Shown piece by piece: positions 1 to 11,763 of a DNA stretch of 64,000 bases. The notes under the pieces are model-generated. The model saw only the letters and a program-made list of their open reading frames with translations, made no database searches and was not told the DNA's origin. The translations under genes and the position numbers were made by a program. The number at the start of each line of letters is the position of its first letter. Position 1 is the stretch's first letter. The stretch is from Girardia tigrina (taxonomy: Eukaryota): NCBI GenBank assembly GCA_001938485.1, contig MQRK01238124.1, positions 5,376-69,375 of the forward strand, given 5' to 3'.

Positions 1-114
1 AGTCGCCCGCGGTAAAGTCGTCCGCGGTAAAGTCGCCCGCGGTAAAGTCGTCCGCGGTAAAGTCGCCGCGGTAAAGTCGTCCGCGGTAAAGTCGCCGCGG
101 TAATGTCGCCTCAC
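1..114. repeat. GC-rich tandem array of 14-15 bp unit AGTCG(C/T)CCGCGGTAA, probably the subterminal repeats of a DNA transposon end
   Basis: Seven copies visible, ending TGTCGCCTCACC; abuts the LINE relic. Confidence 0.85.
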
Positions 115-117
115 CAT

Positions 118-1400
118 ATCCATGGTATGTTGGAGTCTAATGTCCAGGATATCCATACGGATCTTTTCAATCTTGTGTTTCTTCCTAACTATGCGCGTGC
201 ATAGGTTATGAAGGGCATGCACTTTCTTAATGTTCTTGTCCGCAGTTCTCCAGCTTTCACAGCCGTAGTAGACTATGGAGAATATGCATGCGTTGATTAC
301 TTTCTTCTTATTCCTCATACTTAGTTTGGAGCTCTTCAGTACTGGTCTTAGATCCCGGATCTTCTGGGTTCATTTCTTAATTTTTTCTTTCACTTCCGCG
401 TCCACATTTCCTGCTGAAGAGATCGTGGATCCTAGGTAACAAAAGCTAGAGACCAACTCGATACCGGCCTCAAGCTGGCGCCCTGCAAATAGGATCCGAG
501 TATCTCAGTTTAGGTTCAAAACTTTGGTTTTACCGATGTTAATTTTGAGACCTAAATCTAAAAGGATGCATTTTAAATTTTCAAATTATTTATCAGGTTG
601 TTCTAGTCCATGTCGATGGGGCAGAGTTCGTCAGCATAGGCTAGTCTGTTGATCTCAAGGAAGCTTCCATCATCATGTTTTATCATCACTCCTCCAGAGA
701 GACCATTCAATATTGCTCTCTTCACAACCGTGTCGAATAAAATATTGAAAGGCCCTAAAACACAACCTTGACGTACTCCTTTATCCATGTTGAAGGTTTT
801 ATCACTTTTAGAACCTTCGAATCCCTTATGGAAAGCTTTGATGATCTCTAACATTCTCCCCTTATCCCTAATCTCTTCAAAACCGCTCCAGAGAGAATCC
901 CGGGGATACTGTCGAATGTTTTCTCCAAGTCGATAAAGTTGACATACATATTAATATGTCCTTGTATCGCGCTTCCTCCTGCAATTTCCTCAAGATACTT
1001 ATAGCCATCTGAGTTCCTCTTCCCGGCCGGAATCCATACTGCTACTGGTCCAGTATCGCTTCGGTGATCGGAGTGATTCGGTTCGTAATGATTCTGGCTG
1101 AAATCTTTCCTCCTACATCTAAAAAATACCTTGGTAGTTATTTGGATCTTTTCGAGAGACTTTCCCTTTGAAAAGAACTTTGGTCCCTCTCCAACCAGGT
1201 GAGAATGCCTCTAATCCATTCCATATGTTTCTAAAGCACTCCTCCAGTAGGATTAGTATTTTCATACCCCCCACTTATAGATTTCAGGGATCAATCCATC
1301 AGATCCCGCGACTCTCCCACTCTTCAAACGCTTCACTGCCTCTGCTATTTCTTCTCTCGTCGGGAGAGAATCCAAATCATCGAGATTTAGAATGTCTCCA
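118..1400 (-). mobile_element. Decayed non-LTR retrotransposon (RTE-like) reverse transcriptase
   Basis: Minus-strand motifs QYGFRPGRGT, FIDLEKTFDS, GVRQGCVLGP, LAYADE, LVSSFCYLGSTI, YGCESW; frameshifts and stops. Confidence 0.9.
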
Positions 1401-1559
1401 GCGATATCAATCCGTGTTAAGAATTGATGAAGAAAAAATATATATATATTTAATTTTTATTAAAATTAATTAAAAAGGTAAAAAAAAATTATATATATTG
1501 ATAAAAATTTACTAATTGTAATTAAAAATTAATTAAAAGGAAATCCAGTAATTATTCTG

Positions 1560-2120
1560 TTGTTTAAATGTATCAATTTAATCGCTTGCGTTGCTTTTTA
1601 TTTGAATCAATAAATATTATTTGCCGACACGATTTTGAGTTTTTTGTTTGAGTGTCTGATGAGGATTGATAACGATTTATTGAACATTACAGCCCCTCGG
1701 CAATTGAGTGTCGATGAGTGCAGGCGAATTTTCATATTCCTCTCGAATGCTTCTCGCAATTGCATCATTGATTTGCTGTCACCGATGGACACCATCAAAT
1801 TTTTGTCTTTTCTGAATTTCTACGATGAAACATTGTATGAAATATCTCGAGATCTCGCTCGAGTTTTATTGAAATATTTCCCGGATGAATTCGTCAATAA
1901 TTCATCGACATTGTTGAAGTCATTGATTAGCGCCGACAACAACGTTCTGATGATGATGATCTTCAATGAACTGACCCATCACATTGATACGAACAAAGAC
2001 AATTGTGAAGTCAAGAAATTTACAACGGAATTTATCGAGGCCATCTTCGATTTGATTGTGCATAGAAATTTGCCGTATGACTTTCACGAATATCGACCGT
2101 CGACTGGCAATCCGAAACAA
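1560..2120 (+). pseudogene. Unidentified helical-looking coding fragment (includes ORF 1635-2195)
   Basis: About 160 open codons with protein-like composition; in-frame TAA just upstream; the C-terminus runs into an antisense gag relic. Confidence 0.4.
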
Positions 2121-2575
2121 GAGGGATCATCCATATGGGCACAGATGCTCCCTTCAGTCGGACATTTCATAAACAATCCGTTCCTTCTGCTCTAATGGAG
2201 CCCTAAAAAAGATTATTGAAGTGGTTGGTCAGCTCCTTGTTCCCAATAGGATTCGAGGGAGTACACAGAGTGTTCTCCTTTGATTGTCATTTACAGAGGA
2301 TACGTAGTTACGTAGTGAGCTCCTTCAGTTTTCCTTCTCCATCATTCTTGACTATCTTCAAGATTTGTTCGTCTAGATCTTCGACTCTTTCACATTTCCA
2401 TCTTTTGATATTCTTCTGGAGAAGTATTCTGCTGGATTCCCACCTAGAAAAAGTGTCGTTGTTTCTATTCCTCACAAACTCAGTGTGTCTCGCCCATTTT
2501 TGTCCAATAAGTATCTTTAACTCCTCTAGGTGACCATGAATTTGTGATTTCCTTTTACCGACAATGGTCATATTA
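2120..2575 (-). mobile_element. Gag-like relic of an LTR retrotransposon
   Basis: ORF 2308-2571 plus a degenerate zinc-knuckle-like RRNGLFMKC..G.IC. Confidence 0.4.
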
Positions 2576-3053
2576 TCTCTAAATATACTGTCTCCATTTT
2601 ATCACTTTCTTGAAATACTATTTTTTTAATTTAGGATGTTTGGTTATTCTGTTAAGGTAACATGTTGTACAGCTTTTCACTCCACTTTTAACGTATTTTC
2701 TCATTCTGGCACAACATACTTAAAGATGCATCATCTCATACATGTTTTGATTCCGTAATAGCTAGTGTCGTTTATCTTTTTAAATTACTTTCTTCGCAGT
2801 TCATCCGGTATTATTAGTTTTTCATTGTTTCCCGTACTTATATCAAACCAAATTCCGCTATATTCAATTATTTCTAGTGTTTTTGTTATTAAAGCTTCCG
2901 TTAAAATTTATTCTTGTTTATCCTTAATTTCATTTTAGATCAACAACTGGTAAAAATGTTATTTTCTTAACTTTTGTTCTTGAAAACAAATCCGCGACGT
3001 TTGACTTTAATTAATTATTGCAATCGAATAGCGAGTTCAAATTTATTTGTCGT

Positions 3054-3582
3054 TGTGAGGAATATTTTAAATTTGGTATGTTGAAATTGGTTTGTTGAAT
3101 TTTGTATGTTGAGTTTAGTATTTGGAAATGTGTTTCTCCATCCAGATGGAAAATTGATATTTTGGATGTTCACGATAGATAATTATTCGAATATAATTTA
3201 CATTTTAAAGTACAGCATAAGATATTTAAAAACATTAAAAATATTAAATCATTTCAAATTTTCATATTAAAATTTAAATAAAATAAATAGTTTTAACTAA
3301 GTTTTGAATTTAATAAATGTTCCTTCTTTCAATAAAATATTTTTTAAATAAAATTAATATGTAAATAAAATTAATACTAAAATTACCAAATTTGAACTGT
3401 AAAAATAAAATCTGAAAATAATGAAATATTTGTTGGAATAATTGTTTATTACCAAACATTAACAAAAAATTATCAATTTAGAACGATGTCGAATGACGAG
3501 AGTTTTGCTGATAGTTGTCCAAAAGACAATTCTGATTTTAATGAAAATAAAAGTTTGAAAACCCATGTTGGTGTTCTTAATA
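3054..3582 (+). mobile_element. Solo LTR (family A, TG...TA termini)
   Basis: 5-bp TSD GTCGT on both sides; homologous to 39457-39940 and 43523-43943; splits the RNase H reading frame. Confidence 0.8.
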
Positions 3583-3672
3583 GTCGTACTTGTTTTGGGC
3601 TGGCATATTTTAATCGGTAATTATCTCAAAGCTTCGGCTCTCTACCAAATCTCTAAAATTTTTAAAACCGTC

Positions 3673-4239
3673 TGTCATGTTCGTTAAAATTTCAACCGAA
3701 AATTTAACTGACAAAAAATTGAAAAATAATAAAAGCTAATTATCATTGTTTGAATAATATAAAAAAATTACACAATATTAAAAACTGTGGAATTCATGAT
3801 GAAATCGGATTTGAAAGTCATTAAATGTTAATTCGGTGTTAATTACTTTATTTTCTTGCTTAAACTTGATTTTATGTCCCAATGAGTGGCGAATTGAATG
3901 TCATTGCTCGACGACGAGCCCAACCGGATCACTTGCGCCATTGACCCATACAATTCAGCGCCGCCCCGCAGATTTCCGCGACCACGTCAACTGCACACTC
4001 GGATCTTGAGTCAACTAATCAAGACGATCATCCACTACATTGAGCGTTATCGGCGGTTACAGCAAAGGGGACGCGGTACAGGATGCTGCGGCGATTCGGA
4101 CGAGGGACCGTTATTTAGTGGTACACCGATCGGCGTCAGCCAGGTTCAGTCGAATTCTGGTCGGCACTAGACCGGCTGATACGTACCGCCGAGCAACAAT
4201 TTCCTGCACTAGTAAGAGGTGTCTGTCTTCAACACTTCC
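3673..4239 (+). other. Insertion in Gypsy RNase H carrying a GC-rich coding-like fragment (3880-4239)
   Basis: Flanked by CCGTC direct repeats (3668-3672, 4240-4244); removing it restores LLAVVDG-FKNFR. Confidence 0.65.
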
Positions 4240-4438
4240 CCGTCCACTACGGCCAACAATTCTCGATAAAATGTAGAGTATCTACTTCCTTATACCTTTC
4301 ATTTTCATGAATGGAATCCGATTTGGATATATTCATTTTAATGATTTGATCAGGAACCACCACCACTGCTATTTCTGAGGCATTCGTGTTCAATCCGAAT
4401 TGCAAATTTTGTTGTAACATTGAAATTTTTATTATTTA

Positions 4439-5470
4439 TGTGAAGGACGGGCTCATTTTATAAATTTTTGAATAATTAATTTTTGTAAATAATCTCTATT
4501 AAATAATAATAATTTAAATATTGCTAATATTTTTGTATTTCTAAAATAAGACTAATNNNNNNNNNNNNNNNNNNNNNNNNNNNNNTTCTGAAATAAAATA
4601 ATATTCTGTATTTCAAATTTGAAAATTGTATTTCTAAAATAAAAATAATATTTTGTATTTTAAAATTTCGTAATTGTGATTCTAAAATAGAATAATATTT
4701 TGTATTTCAAATTTAAAAATTATATTTCTAAAAAATAAGATTAATATTTTGTATTTTAAATTTGAGAATTGTAATTCTGAAATAAAATAATATTTTGTAT
4801 TTTAAAATTTCGGAATTGTAATTCTGAAATAAAATAATATTTTGTATTTTAAAATTTCTTAATTGTAATTCTAAAATAAAATAATATTTTGTATTTCAAA
4901 TTTGAAAATTGTATTTCTAAAAATAAGAATAATATTTTGTAATTTAAAATTTCAGAATTGTAATTCTGAAATAGAATAATATTTTGTGTTTTAAAATTTA
5001 GAATTGTAATTCTAAAATAAAATGATATTTTGTATTTTAAATTTGAGAATTGTAATTCTGAAATAAAATAATATTTTGTGTTTTAAAATTCAGAATTGTA
5101 ATTCTAAAATAAAATGATATTTTGTATTTTAAATTTCAGAATTGTAATTCTGAAATAGAATAATATTTTTTATTTCAAATTCAAAAATTGTATTTCTAAA
5201 ATAAGAATAAGATTTTGTATTTTAATTTTGAGAATTGTAATTCTAAAATAAAAAAATAATAGTTATAAATAATAAAAATAATAATTTCTAAAATTTCATT
5301 TTAATAAATGGCTTATCATTATTTATAAATCCATATTTTTATGTATAAGAAATCTGGTCAGAAAAAAAGAAAACGAAAGTTCCTCAAGAAAAATTGTTTA
5401 AATAATTGTTGTTTGTGTTATTAATAAATTTTTGGTGTTATGAATTCTAATATTGATCAAGAACCCAACA
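4439..5470 (+). mobile_element. Solo LTR-like insertion (TG...CA) containing a minisatellite
   Basis: TGTGAAGG...CCCAACA with 5-bp TSD ATTTA; lies between RT and RNase H of the host Gypsy. Confidence 0.75.
4520..5255. repeat. AT-rich minisatellite, ~46-47 bp unit, ~15 copies
   Basis: Unit like AATTGTAATTCTGAAATAAAATAATATTTTGTATTTTAAAATTTCAG; period 47 measured at 4771/4818/4865. Confidence 0.95.
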
Positions 5471-8312
5471 ATTTAATTTAGATGATTTTTCAGATTTTCG
5501 AAAGTTTTGGTAGAGACATCATTTTTTTCTGTTTTTTATTAGATCTGTCAAAAAATCAATACCTTAGAACATCCAGTGTTCATTCTGAATAAAAATTTAG
5601 CATGCCTATTAATCTTCAGTGCAATTTAATCGTGTCGGGTCTTTGTAATTTTATGATTGTTTTTATTTTCTTGTTCATCGATTTTAATTGATTTCGCCTG
5701 ATAGTAGAAAGGAATTTCTTCATTATTAAATTCACATTTTTGAATTGATTCTTAAGTAATTTTCTTTTAGTTTTTCCAATACTGATTCTATATCTTTTAA
5801 ATGCCCCTCTTTATTTTCTCTTTCTATAAATATATCATCTAAGTATTCTAAAATATTCATATAATCTCTGAAGATATTGTCCATCACTCTTTGAAAGATT
5901 ATCATGGCGTTCTTTAGCCCGAAAGATATCTTATTAAACTGAAAAATCCGAAAGGAATAATTATTGCCATTTTTCAATGTCTTCCTTTTTCAAAGGAATT
6001 TGATAATAAGCCTTCTCTAAATCTATCTTTGAAAAAATGGCTTTATTCAATCTCGTTGTTAAATCTTGAAGTAGCGGCACCGAGTATACTTCTTTTGTCG
6101 TTAATGCAGTTAAATTGCGGTATTCCTCCAAACATCTTTACTCTACGTAACTTTTCTTCGTCATCATAAGTGGTGGCGCCCACTCAGATTTTCACGTATT
6201 GACTATTTCCGATTCCAATAATTCTTGGATGATTTCTTTCAGTGTTTCTAATTTTTCGGTAGAAGCGGTAGGACCTTTGCTTGTGTAGGACGTCCTATTG
6301 TGCACATTCGATGTTTTGTTTTTATTCCACTCTTTTTGGTTGATCCTTTTTCCTTTTCTGTTAGATAATCCATTAAAATTTCTTTCAATTTATGATTTTA
6401 ATCTTCTCAATATCATATTTTAATTGTATTGTCTCTTGCTCTTTCTTATTATCTTTTACCTTAGTAATGTTATTAACTGTTTATGTGTTTTGCTTAGATT
6501 TTTTGAAAGTTTTGTAGAATAATAATTTCGGCTTGATTGGTATTGACGTCTTCCTGCTGTTATTGTAAAAATCTCTATGCGTTTTTGTTTGTCAATTTTG
6601 TACTGTTCCAATCCTTTCATTCATTGTTAATGTTAGATATGCGACGGTCTTTACATCAGGGTTGCACGTAGCTTTGTTTTTGCAACCTACTAGTAGACTA
6701 TAAAAACTTTGGAAATCGGCTCCTACAATTTGTTTTGATAGGTCTGGGATTGTGAAAATCCAATAGTATTTAATTCCACGTAAAGGAGGTCTGAATTTCT
6801 TGTACCAAAACTTTGATTGGTGCACCGTTTGCTGTGTAAAATGGTTTGTTTTGGACATCATTGCATTTTTAATTAAACAAATTAACAGGTACAACCGAAA
6901 CTATCAACTAAAAAACTATGACTAAAATTTTGTGGCTGCACCTTGAATATTGTCTAGATGCCATCTATCTTGGTCTGCGGATGGTGACCGTCTGGGTTTA
7001 AAGTCTTTTAGTGGCAAGGGTCTTCACAACAATATGCGTGTTTGCTGCAATTTTGGGGTTATTAGCAGATTTTTTGTCGCTATCAGTTGATTTGGTTTTG
7101 TTGTTTATTTTGGATTGATATGTAATGTATTTTGGGCTGTTCTTTCTCTTTGATGTTTCTAGGTTTGAAATTCTGTCTTCGAGTTTTTGAAATTATTTGT
7201 TGCATTTTTCGAATTGGTAGTTTAGTTTTGATAGAATGTTTGTTAATTTCTTTGTGTTATTCATTTTTCAGTGTTTGTAGGTTGTTGATTTCTGTATTCT
7301 GCATAAATTTTGTCCGCTTCGATTGCTAGTTCTTCTTCGGTTTCAGCATGTGAGTTTGTTAAGAGGGATCTTATGTTCACGGGTAGAGCTTGGAGAAAAC
7401 ATATTTTCGTGAATTCTGTATTTTCTTCAATTAAATTTAGTTTCCCTTTAAGGATGTTATAGAGTTCAGATGGTGCGCGGTCGCCTAGATTTATGTAGTT
7501 GACGCAAGCAACGAGTGAGTTCCTGTTATTAGTTTGATATTTTCTGTAGATAGCGTTTTAGAGCCGGTATAGAGGTTGGTTACTCTCAGTGATTTGATGT
7601 GATTTTAGATTCGTTTCAGTAGTTTAACAGGAATTTTTATTATGATGACGCTATAAATTTAAAGTTCATTTTTAAAGTTCTCTAAGTGCGCCATGTTAAT
7701 TGCAATTTTAAATCAAGTTTTTGGTGAATTATTGTCATCACTAAAATATCCTAAATATATAGGGTTTTGTTTGCATTGAGAATGTTTGATTATATTATTT
7801 ATTTAATCTATTATTTAATGTAGATACATATATTCAAGCATTACAATGAAAAAGGGTGTTACAAATACAAAATACCAGACCCTCGGATCATTTGATACCT
7901 TTCAAGAAACAAGGTCGTCACTTATTTGACACTGAATAAAAAAGCCTCTGGTGGTTTTCTTTTTCTTATCATAGTAATTTTTTATTAGATATAATCTTTT
8001 ATTTAAGTAAAGTAATAAAATATAAACTATTATTATATTTAATAACAAAATAATAAATTATTATGTTTTTCATCCATTTATTTTGTCATAATTCTCATTC
8101 ATCATCTAAAAGAAAAATGATTAAGTAGGTTCAAAATATTTTTAAAATTTAATTTCAATAATAAATTGAAAGTTTAGAAAATTAAATTCTGAAATCAACT
8201 TTTCCTTGGAAAAAGAAATGTCTCTCCATTCCATTGAGCTGAACAATAAAAATATTACTTTTGTTTTTGTATCTAAGTTTTTTAAAAGACAAATAACATA
8301 CATCAGATTCTA

Positions 8313-8353
8313 TTGTAATCAAATTCGACGGATTAACGGTCATCTTCAGACAA
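8313..8353 (-). ncRNA. Degenerate minimal hammerhead ribozyme (Penelope type)
   Basis: TTGT-CTGAAGA-T-GACCG TTAAT CCGTC-GAAT-TTGATT-ACAA; GAAA mutated to GAAT, one stem II mismatch. Confidence 0.55.
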
Positions 8354-9589
8354 AAATAACAATAACAAATTACCATTTATAAACTGAAAAATGTTCATGT
8401 AATAATCGTATAATAAACTTGATTAAAATTGATTATCAGATCAAAAGATTTTATCAATGTTACTTACAGAAGCCGCTCTCAGTAAATAATAAAGTATGAA
8501 TGTAACTTTAACTAGCAAATCAAAAAATTAATTTTTTTTCATCTACTCTACTATACCAACAAAGTTTGAATAAAGAAAATAATTTAAAGAACACAATTAA
8601 AAATTAAAAAATTAATATAAACTACTTATAATTTATAAGTAAGTCTTTTTCAATTAATATTGTTCAGGAACTCTGATGGGACCGTTTTTTCCCAATTCTG
8701 AGACCTTAAAAAGTTTTTTCACGTTATTATTTATTGTCATCGAGAATGAGTAAGTGTGCAAAGTTTGAAAAAAAATGATTAAATAAAAATCCTTCAAAAA
8801 TAGGTTTTGTTTGAGGAATTTTTAAATGCAAAAATATTTTAAATTAAAAGTAAAAAGGAACTCGAAAATTAAAAAGAGAAAATCCAGGCTTTTGGTTTTC
8901 TAACGAAGCAAACTTGTATGAACTGGTCTTCCTCGTTGGTTTGTCTTGGGTTGCTAAGTTCAACCTGACCCTTAGACCTTTCAAACCCCATGGATTTGCG
9001 TCTAGGGTCGTGAGACCTTCCCAAACAACTCGGGATTTATGTCTCTGACAACCACATTTAGAACCGTTCCTGTAGGTGAACCTTTGTGGAATATCGTATA
9101 AAGGTGTTGGAAGTCGAAGGACGATTTTGCTCGCACATGAGGTTTATCCGATGCGGCTTAGGGATCCTGGGCTCAATGGACTCTCTAGTCCGAGCTTGAC
9201 GCTTTGTATAAAACTCATGGCCTTGCCATTTTGTTCCCCCTTCTGAAAAATGGAAAAATTGACCGTTCAAAAATCAAATTGAATTTTGATTTTCCATATT
9301 AAAAATCCAAAATTGATGAACATTTATTTTTATTACACAATTGCATAATGCGCGTCTAAATCTGATTGCGTCTGATACGCGTCTAAATTGATTGATTTAA
9401 ACAATCTCTGTAGTTTTTATAAAATCAGGATCCTTTGTTATAATTTGATATTGTTATAAATAATTATATGTATTTTAATTTATAATTCTATAGTTATTAA
9501 TTATTCTTACTCTTTATGTGAACAGAACTCTACTTGGACAACAGAATTTTTTAATCTTTTGTATTAGGCAAAATTACTATTACATTTTT

Positions 9590-9970
9590 TAATAAATGTA
9601 TTATGTTATTAGTAACTATTTAAATCTTTTTTAGAAGGGAAAATTTTATACCAAAAATTTTAAATACTCCATTTTGCAATTAAATAGTTACTAATAACAT
9701 AAGAAATTTATTATAAAGCATGGAAGAAAAAAAAACCAAAAAATTTCTATTTAATACAGTTTAAACATTTGTGGATAATCGTAAAACGTGTTTTGCAAAA
9801 AAAAATTTCGATTTACTAGTTTGATCAAATTTTCACATTATCATTTATTGTCGTCGAGAATGAGTAAGTGTGCAAAGTTTGAAGAAAATCGATTGAGTAA
9901 AAAGCCTTCAAAAATAGGTTTCTAAATTGCATGGATACACATATTAAAAGCAAGCTAATATAAAGAATGG
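9590..9970 (+). repeat. Dispersed repeat (non-autonomous TE); further copies at ~8715-8810 (+) and ~50560-50825 (-)
   Basis: Shared GAGAATGAGTAAGTGTGCAAAGTTTG...CTTCAAAAATAGGTT block. Confidence 0.75.
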
Positions 9971-11157
9971 GAAAAGGCGACAATAATTTTGGATTTGGTT
10001 TTTCCTTGGCCTACTTAATAATTAATTTTACCATCAAACTTTTTTTAAATTACAGCAACTGAATGTGAAATCATAATAATCCTCACAATTTATTGTTGTA
10101 ATACTTTTATAGCTTTGTCAGTCAGGAAAAAATCTGTCAGTTTCCAAATCCTCGGTACTCTACAGTCACCTTATAAAGTAAACTGAAATACAGGATCCTC
10201 GGCTTCCGGTGATAATTATTTATTAATTATTACCATTGTCGGTATGATTGGAATGTAGATCAAAATTAGTTATTATTTCTAATTAATTGCAATGTAATTT
10301 GATGGAGCTGTTCTACAGTTTTTAGCAAATAGTTTTTAACGATAACTAAAGAGTCGGTAAGAAATTTTGGGTAGGGTATTCTTTCAGTCTTAGAGCTTTA
10401 AATTGCTATTGATCCCTCAACTATTAATGAATTCCCAAACAAGTAAAGTGGATCTTGATTCCGTTGTGTATGACTTTTCAATCTGTTTTTTATTAAAATA
10501 ATTTATTACCAGTTTTAAGAGAACTCCCACATTTGGCAGAACATTTTTACATTCACAATTTTTATCATCTTTATGATGATCAACAGTAATGCTTTCACTT
10601 AGATCCATCAATCAATTTTCAATATCTCCCATTATAATCTGAACTAACTTGATAAAATTATTTTANNNNNNNNNNNNNNNNNNNNNNNNNNNNNNNNNNN
10701 NNNNNNNNNNNNNNNNNNNNNNNNNNNNNNNNNNNNNNNNNNNNNNNNNNNNNNNNNNNNNNNNNNNNNNNNNNNNNNNNNNNNNNNNNNNNNNNNNNNN
10801 NNNNNNNNNNNNNNNNNNNNNNNNNNNNNNNNNNNNNAAATTAGTTTCAGATTATAAAATATTAAATATTGATAATCCATCTGGTTAGGAGAGGCACAAT
10901 CCCAAATCAACATACAACATAATTCATAAACATACACACACCAAATATTCCTCACAACCATTGTCGGTATGATTGGAATGTAGATAAAAATTAGTTATTA
11001 TTTCTATTTAATTGATTAAAATTTTAATTTATTAAAATAGTTTTAAAAAAAATTAAATTTATAATTTATAAAGTTTATTATTTCCCTATAATTACATAAT
11101 TGATTACAAAAATTATTCGACAGATTGAAAAGTCATATACAACGGAATCAATTTAAT

Positions 11158-11763
11158 TTGATCATGGACAAAACGTGTTGAGCCTACCAAAACGATCCCA
11201 AAAGCAGAAATTCACCAACAGAAGGTTATGCTTTCCGTCTGGTGAGATTTTAAAGGAATTGTGTTTTTTGAACTCCTTCCGAGGAATGAAACCATCAATT
11301 CAGACAGATATTGTGGTCAGTTGGAGAAATTGGCTCATTCAATTCAACAGGAACGTACTGAATTGGCAAACCGAAAAGGAGTTGTAATTCAGTATAACGC
11401 AAGACCGCATACAAATTTGACCACTCGCCAGAAACTCTTATCACTGGGTTGGGATGTTTTGCCACACCCACCGTATTCTCCAGACTTTTTCCCATCGTAT
11501 TTTTACTTATTTAGATCACTGCAGAATTCCTTAAACAGAAAAACATTCCCCAGTGATGATGACATCAAATCGTTCCTAGACGGCTTTTTTGCTGACAAAG
11601 GCAAAGGTTTTTATGAATCAGAAATAATGAAGCTACCGGAAAGGTAGAAGAAAGTGATTGAAAATAATGGACAGTATATCGTGTAAAAATATTTGTGTAT
11701 CCATGTCATTTTTTGATAATAAATATTTTAGTAAAAAACGCAATGACCTTTTGGCCTACCCAA
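11158..11763 (+). mobile_element. Mariner 3' half with right TIR (same family as 36795-38018)
   Basis: YNARPH, HPPYSPDF, TIR ...GCAATGACCTTTTGGCCTACCCAA-TA. Confidence 0.92.

Larger units (their letters stand above)
2620..7700 (-). mobile_element. Decayed Ty3/Gypsy gag-pol interrupted by three nested insertions
   Basis: gag LGDRAPSEL...FLQALP...EADKI (~7300-7490); protease IVGADF; RT ISFGLKNA, YLDD (5732-5977); RNase H TNASE, RELLAVVDG|FKNF..IITD, NVADLFSR; integrase Zn-finger remnant KSCTTC (~2670). Confidence 0.9.

Noticed and set aside
1-114. CRISPR-like array
   Set aside because: Units are contiguous with no unique spacers; eukaryotic context; no cas genes
4520-5255. CRISPR or coding repeat
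   Set aside because: Degenerate head-to-tail AT-rich minisatellite without spacers or an ORF
10644-10961. ORFs spanning N runs (also 20027-20530, 37049-37481, 51837-52100)
   Set aside because: Artefacts of gaps and (TA)n repeats
10232-11010. ~50-bp direct repeat either side of the gap as LTR ends
   Set aside because: No TG..CA or TSD; adjacent to a gap, so it may be an assembly overlap
11261-11647. SETMAR host gene
   Set aside because: No SET domain; bounded by a mariner TIR and frameshifted
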